From the NCBI RefSeq assembly GCF_009834535.1, contig NC_045696.1:71550001-71614000 (forward strand): DNA of 64,000 nt, written 5' to 3'. Positions 53,036-64,000 of this stretch are shown piece after piece. The notes under the pieces are model-generated. The model saw only the letters and a list, made by a program, of their open reading frames with translations, made no database searches and had not been told where the DNA came from. The position numbers were made by a program, and so were the translations under genes. The DNA comes from Camelus ferus (lineage: Eukaryota). Position 1 is the stretch's first letter. Every line of letters starts with the position of its first letter.

Positions 53036-55024
53036 TTTCCTTCTGGTCTTCTATCTATTTTCATATACACTCATGTCTGCAAAAATAGAAACATGCTGTA
53101 CTTACTGCTTTATGGCTTTCCCCTGCAGTTAGCAATAAGCAAACGTTTTGAGGCTGTTTTTACTGACAAAATGCACTCTTTCTAATTTTTGCTGTTTCCA
53201 ATTTACTCTTTAACTTTTCATGTGGAAAATCCACTCTAGGGTTGGGTATAAACAGAAAATCTGAATTAGTACTGCTGCAGCTATGGTTTCTGATCTTTTT
53301 TCAGGGCCCATGTCTGCACCTGGCAATACCCTTGGTCTGCGGAGGAAGGGCAGTGCAGTGGTTAGTGTGCAGAGGTCAGACAGATAAGCTTCACAACACT
53401 GTCCTGCTTCTGTTCCAGGGAGACCCATTGGGATGTAATGAAGAAAGTCTCAATCAAGCTACTTCAAGAAAAGTGGGATCTAGGCAGAAGGCTTTTGAAA
53501 TCTAAGAGCAGAGCTGTAAATAGAGCTACAAGGCAGACCTAGATTCAGAGTGACCTCAGGATGTCAGCAACAGGAGCCCCCCAGGCCCTGCCCGCGTCTC
53601 AGGGTGACCTGTCTCGACTACTCTCTACATGTCAGCTTCAGCCTCCTCTTTAACCTTCCAACTCCCTCTGCCTTCTTACAGTTTATGCTTTTCAGAAGTT
53701 TGGCCTCCAAATGGCTTTAACTTGGCATGGTCCTTACACTATCTCTTGATACATCTTTCTGCCTCTTATTTCTTCTCTCAAATGGCAGACTCTGTGTTTC
53801 TTATTTCAAATGAGAGAGAACGTCTCTAACTGTCCTCATCTGACCCTTTTGAGTCAGCTGTATGTGTCCTTGAACTAATCTTGGTACACACTTGGCTGTC
53901 TTTGGGTGGGGGCATCCACGCTAGTCAGTAACAAGGGGGAGCAGCAGAGTCATGTAGTACCAAAAATGGCTTTCTGGGCAACAAGGCAGGTGCGCTGGGA
54001 ACTTCCCATTAGAATAGGGTATTGGGCAAATCAGAGGCTATATATCTTACCTAGTACCGCCTGTGTTACCTGGAACAAAGCATCCAAATTCAGTTTTGAG
54101 CCTCAGTTTCCTTAGCTGTAAAAAAGTGGAAGGCAACCTATTTTATCAAATTATCAGGATAAAGGGCAATAAGATGAGATAAAGCACACAGAATGCTTCT
54201 CCCAGTGACATCTCAACAATGATGCTCTTCACAGTAATAGTATCATCTATACCATATTAATATGTTTATAACTAATATACAATATATATTTGAAAAGACT
54301 GTATTTTCGTATTCTAGATGTAATATATATATATATTTATGTTTGAAATAATGTGTTTTCAAATTACCTCTCTAATCTGGGTTACTTCAGGGAAGAAATT
54401 CCCAGATGAATAAATACTTATAGGTAGAATAATATTTCTGATGCACAGGGTGGAGGGACAGGAATGTTTATTTCCCCGGTGGTCTGTAGGTCCCTTTGCT
54501 CTGAGTACATGGAAAGGATCCAAGATAGCGTGGGGACAATAAACAGCCTGTGGATGGTAACAAAGGCCATTGTACTGAAGGAGTTTTCTGGTCTGGAGCC
54601 AGAAGCCAGATTTAGAATGAAATGCACATACTTTCTTTTCTACAGAAAGGGTCGAATAATAATAGCAAAATGCTTGCAATAGTGCTTACTGTATGCCAGG
54701 CATTGTGCTAAAGGGGTCACATGTAGTAACTCATTTCCCTCTCTTCACAACACATCAAGGTAGGTACTGTTATTATCTCCAATTTACAGATAGAGAAACT
54801 GAGGCATTGATTTGTTTTTTAAAAGCCTTTCCATGAACTATAAACAACTGCCCTTGCTTTAACCTTATGCCCATCTCCAGGCCTCAGTCCTCTGAGTGCC
54901 ATGGTTGGTATTGCTGTTCCTCCAGGGCTGGAGTTTTGCCTTGTTCCTCTGACTTCTTCCCAGGGCTAACGTTCCTCCATGAACTCCAAACCTGAGGGCT
55001 GCCACCGGAGCCCTTAATATATAT

Positions 55025-55566
55025 TTTTTCACAGTCCAGAAGTCTTTTTTTTTTTTTTTAAATACCTATTATGCCATGACTTCATAGGGAGTGGGTTCTA
55101 GCAGCCCAGGCTCCTTTCCACTAATTCTCACAAAGTGTGCTTCCCTGGGGGGAGCAGGCTGGTGCTTCAGTTGAACCCAAGTACTTTTCTCTTGGCTTCC
55201 TTCTTTTTCTGATCGTTTTCCTTCACACGTTTCAGGAAGCCATCTTGGCTCTTAGAGGGCTGAATAGTCTCAGTACGTACATTAGTTCTCTTGGCAAGAA
55301 TCTTACCTTTAACTTGTTTGTTTACCGCAATGCCAACAGTAGGCTGGGTGACACTAAAGTCTCTCAGTTTTGCTATGGGAACATTTGTGGGGAATTCCTT
55401 TTTGAACACAATGTCTACAACATCACCTTTGTTGTAGATTCACACGGATGTGGCTGAAGAACAATTCCATGTTTTCTAAAAGCCTTAGAGAACATACAGT
55501 GGGTGTCTCTCCTCTTTCCCTTTGTGTTGGTCATTTATCAAATTACTGGAAGATGGCAGTTCCAGC
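55025..55566 (-). pseudogene. RPL21: RPL21 processed pseudogene (CDS equivalent 55069-55534)
   Basis: ATG at 55534 gives MTNTKGKRRDT..; internal [37 protein letters not shown]; ends ..YEVMA* at 55069. Span is 466 nt (not a multiple of 3), frameshifted and intronless, with UTR remnants. Confidence 0.96.
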
Positions 55567-55694
55567 CCCACCCCCCAAAAGAATCCTGTAATACCTTGAG
55601 CAAGCCTGATCAAGAGGCAAACTGGGACACGAAGTCTAATGAGATAAGGAGTGAGAGACTACTTGGGACTAAATTGTTCAAAATTCAGTGTCTA

Positions 55695-57351
55695 CAGCTG
55701 AGGAAATCATCAACAAAACAAAAAGACAACCTATAGAATGGGAGGAAATATTTGCAAATGATGCAACTGACAAAGGATTAACTTCCAAAATATACAAACA
55801 GCTCATACAGCTCAATATCAAACAAAACAAAACAAAACAACTCAATCAAAAAAAATAAGCAGAAGATCCAAATAGACATTTCTCCAAAGAAGACATCCAG
55901 ATGGCCAACAGGCACAATGAAAAGATGCTCAACATTGCTAGTTATTAGAGAAATGCAAATTAGACTACCATGAGCTATCACCTCACACAGGTCAGAATGG
56001 CCATCACCAAAAGTCTACAATAATAAATGCTGGAGTGGATGTGGAGAAAAAGAAACCCTCCTACACTGTTGGTGGGAATGTCAATTGGTGCAGCTACTAT
56101 AGAGGACAGTATGGAGGTTCCTTAAAAAACTAAAAATAGAGTTACCATATGATCCAGCAATCCCACTCCTGGGCATATATCTGGAGAAAACTCTAATTCA
56201 AAAAGATATATGCACCCCAATGTTTATAGAAGCACTATTTACAATAGCCAAGACATGGAAGCAACCTAAATGTCCATCAACAGAAGAATAGGTAAAGAAG
56301 CTGTGGTACATATATACAATGGAATATTACTCTGCCATAAAAAGGAATGAAATAATGCCATTGGTAGCAACATGGATGGACATGGAGACTGTCATACTTT
56401 GTGAAGTAAGTCAGACAGAGAAAGACTAATATCATATGATATCACTTAGGTGTGGAATCTAATAAAATGATACAAATGAACTTATTTACAAAACAGAAGT
56501 AGACTCACAAACATAGAAAACAAACTTATGGTTACTAAAGGGAGAAAGGGGAGAATGGATAAATTGGGAGTTTGGGATTAACATATGCACACTATTAAAT
56601 ATAAAATAGATAAATAACAAGGGCCTATTGTATAGCAAAGGGGACTATATTCAATATCTTGTAATAAGCTATAACAGAAAAGAATCTGACAGAGAATAGA
56701 GTTACATAAATATATATATAATATATTTTATATAATATATTTATTAAAATATATATATATTAAAAAACTGAATCACTTTGTTGTACACCTGAAACTAACA
56801 CAACATTATAAATCACCTATGTGGGGTCCACAGACATCTGGCAGATTCCTGCTCTGAGGCCCCTCAAGCATCCAGTGGCTGACCTTTAAAGATAACAAAG
56901 AACATTCTTTTCTTAATATCTACCTACCTTAGCTGAACTAACTACTCTGGACAATGATCAGCCTTACATTGACCAGAAGCCTAGCCACCAGGACTGGTCA
57001 CAACCCCCTACCAGAGTCATAAATCCCTACCCTTTCACGACCCCCCTCCATCCTCAGTCACCTCAATATCAACCAATCAGAGAACTGTGCACAAGCTGAT
57101 CAGGCACCCTGTGACCCCTTTGTGCCTGAGGTCATGTCAGCACAGGCAGCAAAAGGTCACCCTTCCTTATAAAAGACCTCAGCAACCGACCCTCAGAGCA
57201 CACAGACACCTCTCATCTGTGGCCTGCAGTCGCCTATAACAGTGTACTCAATAAACATCTTTTCTATCTCCCTCCTTTGTCTCTGGTAAATTCTTTTTAT
57301 CACCCATGTATCGGCCCACCAGACCCTACAGCAAACTATACTTCAATTTAA
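55695..57351 (+). mobile_element. 5'-truncated L1 with 15-bp TSD, interrupted by a solo LTR
   Basis: ORF2 3' region and 3' UTR; TSD aaaattcagtgtcta at 55680-55694 and 57352-57366. Confidence 0.95.
56820..57333 (+). mobile_element. 514-bp ERV solo LTR, family not recognised
   Basis: TG...CA ends; flanks accta (56815-56819) and aacta (57334-57338); CCAAT (~57073), TATAAAA (~57168), AATAAA (~57250) in LTR order. Confidence 0.9.
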
Positions 57352-57734
57352 AAAATTCAGTGTCTATTGGGAAATTCCCTTTAGGAGAAAACTGGATTTG
57401 CCCTCAGGGCAGGTATTGAAGCTTGAAGGTGCCAGTTTGGGCTGAAGATCTGGCTTCCATAGCAAGTATCTGGAGTGGGGTCTGTGGAAGAAGGGCGGGA
57501 TGCTGGCTAGTGTGTGGTTATATGAAGAAGTGCCCTGATACTGCTCTGTCTCTGCTCCAGTGATGCCTGTTTAGATGTAAGGAACAGGGGCTCAATTAAG
57601 CTACCTTGAGAAAAAGAGGTTTTAGCCAGAACTTCCCTGCAATCCAATAGTACAGCCTAAAGTGGAGTGGGAGGGTGGTACAGGCTCAAGTCAGCCTCAG
57701 GACCTAAAAAGTGTAAAGGTGAATGTGGTGTATT

Positions 57735-57908
57735 ACTTGTGTGCTGGTTAAAAAAAAAAAGCTCTGATTTGTAGCATTTATCATTTCTGTGGTATAAATG
57801 CTCCCTCGTGGCCAATTTCAGCCAATATGGTATCATTGAACTTGAAGTTGGGAAGAAATGTGTGCAGTTCAATCTCTTGAATCAATATGAATCTATTCCA
57901 GTGTACCA
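57735..57908. mobile_element. MER63-like hAT element
   Basis: 'tgtgctggtt...ctgatttgtagcattt...gtggtataaatgctccc...ggccaatttca'. Confidence 0.6.
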
Positions 57909-58019
57909 AATGTTAACTTTGATTCTTTTCTGAATTTTTCAAGTTTTCAACAAGGTGATTTATTATTGTTTTATAATCAGAAAAACACCTAACAAAAGTT
58001 ATCTTTAAAAAAAGAAATA

Positions 58020-59110
58020 GAAATAAGCAAATGGGAAATAATTAAACTTAAAAGCTTTTGCACAGCAGGGAAAACCATCAACAAAATTAAAAGACAACCT
58101 ATGGAATGGGAGACAATATTTGCAAATTTTATTACCTATGAAGGGTTAACATCCAAAATATATAAACAGCTTATACAACATAATATCAGAAAAACAACCC
58201 AATTAAAAAGTTGACCTGAATAGACATTTTTCCAAAGAAGATATACAGATGGCCAATAGGCATGTGAAACATCATCAGAGAAATGCAAATCAAAACCACA
58301 ATAAGCTATTACCTCACATCTGTCAGAATGGCTATCATCAAAAGACACATGCTGGCAAGGATGTGGAGAAAAGGGAACCTTAGTATACTGTTGGTAGGAA
58401 TGTAAATTGGTGCAGCCAATATGGAAAACAGTATGAAGGTTCTGCTAAAAACTAAAAATAGAACTATGATATGATCCAGCAATTCCACTCCTGGATATAT
58501 ATTTGAAGAAAATAAAAATACTAATTTAAAAAGTACATGCACCCTAATGTTCAAAGCAGTATTGTTTTTAATAGCCAAGATATGGAAGAAGCCTAGGTGC
58601 CCATCAACAGAGGAACAGATAAAGAAGATGTGGCATATATATTTATACACCATGGAATATTACTCAGTCATAAAAAAGAATGAAATTCTGCCATTTGGAA
58701 CAACATGGATGGACCTAGAGGGTATTATGCTTAGTGAATGAAATACATTAGACAAAGACAAATACTCTATGATATAACTTACCTGTGGAACCTAAAAAAT
58801 AAAATGAATGAATATAACAAAACAGAAACAGACTCACAGTTAGGGATAATAAACTAGTGGTTACCAGTGGGGAGAGGGAGGGAGGGAGGGGCAAGATAAG
58901 GGTACAGGATTAAGAGGTACAAACTATTTTGTATAAAATAGATAGGCAACAAGGACATGTTATACAGCACAAGGAAACATAGCCATTATTTTATAATAGC
59001 TTTAAATGGAATATAATGTATATAATAACATTGAATCATTATGTTATACACCTGAAACTAATATAATATTGTAAATCAATCATACTTCAATTAAAAAAGT
59101 AAAAAAGATA
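58020..59110 (+). mobile_element. 5'-truncated L1 (ORF2 end, 3' UTR, A-rich tail)
   Basis: 'atgatccagcaattccactcctgg' and 'cctgaaactaatataatattgtaaatcaatcatacttcaattaaaaaa'; possible TSD aaagaaata at 58011-58019 and 59112-59120. Confidence 0.93.
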
Positions 59111-60477
59111 GAAAGAAATATTGCGGCTGTGGGGCGATTTATTAAGAACAAACTTTCTTGATTTTATCATTTGTTGAGAGTCAGTCTAAGCTTTTGCCAT
59201 CAGTTGCCTCCATTAGCCCTTGGGACCACCTAAGGGCTTGCATGTTTGATTGGCCTCACAGCTGCCTTTAAGAAGGCACTTCCAAATTTTGACTCCTTAT
59301 TTTGTGGACATTGTTTCAGAGAGAGATTGGTTGGAACAGCCTGGAGGGGGCCTTGGGAACACCTGGCCTTCCTTAAGTTCAGATCTGCGAGGACCGTCCA
59401 TGGTAATGCTCAAGGACCAGGCTAGGTGGCCCTGAATGGAAAGTTTTGAAAAACTATAACCCATATATGACAAGCCTTTTGTTATATTGACAAAACATGT
59501 AAAGTTATGCCACGTAAAGTGTGTGCTGTATGTGGAATTTGTAAGAGAAAATAAAGCCTTGACTGAGATCTTTTAAAAAGAATCCTCTTCAATTATGGAG
59601 GAGTTGGCTCTGGCCTTGGCCCTGCACTCAGAGATTTTGGTTTCTGGGCTCTGCATTTAGATTAGCCTTGTGCTCTTTCTCAAGCAATTTTCCAACTCTG
59701 TTTCTGACTCAAGCAGTCCCCCAGCTCATTGTTCTCTATGAAAGCATTTATCTTTTGTTACTATTATGCTGGGACATGGTTGTCTAGAGGAGTTGGCCTG
59801 AGGGGCCCAGTGCTGGCCATTTGATGAGCAGGAGCCTAGGAGTGTTGAGCAGCCTTGAATTGGGCAGTGGGGAGAGACCAGGCCAGCAGTGTCTGCGGGA
59901 TGGGCAGGGGAGAGACTAGAGCACTCCACCGCAAGCCAGGAATACCAGGTGAACCCTGACCTGAGGGAGAAGCTGCAGGTTCTGTCCTCTGGGCCTTCAG
60001 AAGGAGGGCACAGGACGGAAGGCAAAGCTACTCTTATCTGAGGTATGGATGGATTTCCAGCTACCTCCCACTTACAGGTAAGACACAAATGAAGTCCTGT
60101 TCGTGTTACCTCACCCTGGGGCGGTGGTTAAGGTGTTGACTCAGGAGCTGCAAGTCCTGAGCTGTAGTCCCGTTTCAGCTACTAACCAGCTGCATGATTT
60201 TGGGCAAGTCATTTAATTATCTGGGTTTGTTTCTTGATCTCTTGCTTGAGGTAGTTACAGGCCAGCCTGGGATGGCTCTCAGGATTTGGGAATTCTTCCT
60301 ATTGGGCTTGCCTGTTATGCCTTCCTTTTGACTCTGATTCACTGGAGGTGTCCTCTAGCTTCTGCCTGTTGGCCTTTTAAATCCCGTATGAGAGTCCTTC
60401 TCCTTCTCTTCATTAAACTTTGCCAGAGCCTCTGACATTCGTATATAACAGTTCATATGTAACATTCGTATATAACA

Positions 60478-60600
60478 GATTCTCAAAGAATGATCTGGGA
60501 CCACAGCATCAGTATCACATGGGAACTTGTTAGAAATGCAAATTCTCAGGCCCCACCCCAGACCCACCAAAGCAGAAAGTCTGGGGCCCAGGTCATGCTG
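60478..60600. mobile_element. MER5A-like fragment
   Basis: 'ttctcaaagaatgatctgggaccacagcatcagtatcacatgggaacttgttagaaatgcaaattctcaggccccacccca'. Confidence 0.8.
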
Positions 60601-61667
60601 AAGCATGCTCCAGTTTCAGCATCATTACCGGTGGGAATGGAGCCAAATCCTCTCACTGGCCTGGTCTCTTACTGTGGTACCCCCTTTTCAACCTCCTCCC
60701 ACTCACACACCTTATTCCCTTGTTGTACCTAATGGTTTGAGTACTCCAAATACGCTGTGTCTTTTACACCTCTTTGTACATATGCTGTTTCTTTCCCTTG
60801 GAAAGCCTTTGCCCTAACCCTTTTCTTTCCTGTAAGTTCTCCTTGTAAATGTCCTCCCAATCAGTTCACACATGACCTCAGCCACTCAGAACCTCCTCAT
60901 ACGAGAGTTACTGGCCACCGAGGCAGAGCCCCTCCCCTGATGCCAGCAACAGGTTTCCTCACCTTCTCACGGTTTTGATTTTTTCTTTCATCCAACCGTG
61001 AAATCCATCTACCATCCCTGTATTTCTTGATTGAATCCTATGTAATCAGGCTTGTGCCAGGCTCTGGGGTTTAAGATGGGGGCATAGCCCCTGCCCTCGC
61101 TGAGCTCACGGCTTCCTGGGGGAGACAGTTGAGTGGTCAGATAACGAACCTAGCACATCCACAGCCGCATTGGTGGTGCAGCGTGTACCCAGGCAGGGTC
61201 TATAATAAGTGAGGTGTGTTGAGGACGCTATATGGAGGCAGGAGGCACATTTATCATGAAGGATGAGTAGGCATTTTGCAGGCAGAGAGGAAAGTACGGG
61301 GTCCAAGACCCTGAAGCAAATCTTACTTTGTTCTCTCTGCTATTCCACCCTCCTACAGCTCTTGCTCCTCGCCCTGGAGAAATTAGGTTAAAATGAACTG
61401 CATGTTAGATATGTGTGTATATATATATATTTAAATCTTTTTTTCTGAGAGGAAACACAAATTATCTGAATCAGAGAAAAGATAATTTATTACAGACCAT
61501 CTTCTTACTAGTTTCCTGCATCCCAATCAATCCCTATGGGTAATGCAGTGAGAGCCTGCTGTTACCCTGAGAGTGCAATGGGGGTTGCACCACAGGAGAG
61601 TAACCCCAAAGTTATGAGACTAAGAGCTCATATAGGGCAGCTGGCACATTGGCCCATTCTCTCCTGC

Positions 61668-61693
61668 AGAGAGAGGGAGAGAGAGAGAGAGAG
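61668..61693. repeat. (GA)n microsatellite
   Basis: agagagagggagagagagagagagag. Confidence 0.85.
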
Positions 61694-64000
61694 GCACTGA
61701 TTATTATTCTGGAATGTAAACCAATCCCCTCTGGGGAGAGGAGTGGACAGTCTGCACTTCTCCTTTACTACCATGCAGTATAAGCAAATGGCTTCAGGAG
61801 GAAGCAAGTACCTAAATCTCCCTGGAGCAATGCACTGTCTCTAACTCTTGAGGCATGTTTTTAATTCAGTTCCCTTTAGCTAAGTGTGCCAGTGCTCTTT
61901 GCTCAGAAAGCCCAGACCATACAGTCACATGAAAATATTCATGGGTGATTATTTTCCAATACTGAGAGGGCAGAAACCACCTGTGACCTGTTCAGAGGTC
62001 TCAATACATCCAGAGTCTAGCTCAGAGGATGCTAGATAAATATCTAAGAAACAGAAATGTAGGCGTGAAAGAATGGGGCAGGAATGAATGAAGGGAGACA
62101 GGACCTACCTTCACTGCCAATCAAAGAAAAACGTTACTAATTTCTCTTTTCCAACATTGATTGGGAAAATGTTATCAAATGCCTATGATAGGCAAGGTGT
62201 TTGGCATGCTGGGGGGCATAAAGATAGGGTGACTAAATTGTCTGAGTTTTTCCAGGACTGTTCCAGTTTTAACCCAGAAAGTCTGGTATCCTGGGAAACT
62301 CCTCAGTACAGCAAAATAGGATAGACTGTCACCCTACAAATGGGAGACAAATCCCTTCTCTCAAAGATTGTATGATCTAGAAAACAATCTCAGATCCATA
62401 TCCTCAAGAAATATTTAATCATGTCTTAGAAGACATAAAAATATAGGGAAGTGAGAGAGAATATACAGCTGAGGGGATGAGGGAAAGCTTCATGGAGGTG
62501 GTGCCATTGAAGATGGCTAGTATTATTTGTTAAAAAAAACCCCAACACTAAGTCTTTCTGAGAAATGGCATCCTGAACTCTTCTTATTGCTTTGTAATTC
62601 CGAAGTCTTCAGTAAACATCCTTACTTCCATAACAAGAATCTTACCACCCTGACAGTGGTTCTGGTGAGCTGGCATCCTCTTGCAGCTGGGAATGCTGTC
62701 AGGCAGAGTGCTGCTTTGGGTGTATGGGAATTGTCTGTAGGTGACCTCTAGGATGGGCTGAGGGCGTATAGGTGTGACACTGATATACTGTGCTGCAATT
62801 ATGTGATCTTTTCTGTTTTCATGTCTCTAAAGTGGAGAGCAAAGTACTTCACTGGATCAGTGGGAAGATGAAGTGCGTGAGAATTCACATAGTGCCGCTC
62901 ACAGTTTCAGGAACATAGCTGATGCTCAGTATATGCATTGGTGGTAGTTCTAGTAGCAATAAGTTAACAAGAGGGAACGGTGGCTCTTCCTCTGTAGCTG
63001 ACTTAAGACTTGTTTCTTTCACTATAATTTGTGTTAGAGAAGAGAGCTGACTGGAGTCAGAAGGGGCAATACGTGGCCTTAGGAATAGAGATTTTCCTTA
63101 AGTGCAGCTGCCCATTTGTTTGGGGACAGAATCTATTCCTTACAAGCATTGTAAAGTCAGGGAGCCTAGTAAGATATAATCAGATTGTTTTCTCAGTAGT
63201 AAAGCTTTTGCCAATGGTTTGTACATTTTGTTGCCTAGTAGGAAAATAAAGCTTCCACATAACAATTATTTTGCTTGTAGCTGTAAGGAATATTTACCAG
63301 TTCGTGCTGAATCTCAGAGCATATCCAGATTGATGTAGACGCCAAACTGATTTTGTTTTTGCCTTTGCACTAAAATCTAATCATAGATATTATCACACCC
63401 ATGGTACAACAATGGGTGTGCTTGCTTACTAGGAAAATGGGGGGTTAGAGGGAAGGTAACAGTTATCTGTTTATGTTGGGGAATGGGGTGGGTGGGCTTG
63501 GAAGGTACATGAGAAACAATAATGGAATAGTGAACAGGATCTGTCATGAATGAAGAATCGAGTTTTATTCTTAATTTTGTTTTAGTTGGGGTGGTTGGGG
63601 TGGAGTTGGATATAGCCAATGTGTTTTATAATTTGATAGGTTCTGAAGGACAAAATGCCATGAGAAGGGTCAGTCATGTGTTGTCCTCAGCTCTAGAGAA
63701 GGTGGTTAGAGTCATGGAGGTGAAGTTCTGAGCTCCTCCCAGCCAAGGCTGCAGGAAGAGTTTGGGTTGTGTATGTCCTTGTGGCAGGCACAGGAGGCTA
63801 ACTGCTCACCAGCCTGTCCCCCTCTTCTGTGTTAACAGGCCCTAATTTTGTTCAGCTTTCAGATGGCTCTTCCTTGATCTTGGGGGAAGAGGACTAATCC
63901 CAGTGGATGAATTGTATTTGGTGCAAGCCAGTCACACTAGGCAATTTATATTCCCTGGTGTTTGGTTTGAGGTAGCCAAGTGGCCTAGGAGAAGTCTGAG

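Noticed and set aside
55167..55409. 80-aa ORF as functional RPL21
   Set aside because: Only one frame segment of a frameshifted, intronless retrocopy.
56706..56762. AT-only quasi-palindromic tract
   Set aside because: Expanded (TA)n within the L1 3' UTR; ordinary microsatellite decay.

Overview
Mammalian genomic DNA, most likely camelid (inferred from three tRNA-derived SINEs of the Vic-1 type plus lineage-type L1 3' ends). The left 11.7 kb holds the 5' end of KLHL24 on the minus strand: CpG-island promoter and probable exon 1 (~11.6 kb), a 42-nt non-coding exon (6013-6054) and the first coding exon (2097-3077, BTB+BACK). The gene continues off the left edge. The remaining ~52 kb is repeat-rich intergenic DNA (L1, L2, MIR, MaLR/ERV LTRs, MER DNA transposons) with two disabled processed pseudogenes (TMA7, RPL21) and one unidentified poly(A) retro-insertion. 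I see no evidence of a wholly new multi-gene system. The most interesting signal is the spliced KLHL24 leader: an exon-spanning 18-codon uORF in frame with the CDS and stopping 15 nt before it, plus an ATG-TAA start-stop element 2 nt before Met1, in a gene where Met1 versus Met29 initiation is known to matter in disease. Repeat family names and human comparisons are from memory, not from a database search.
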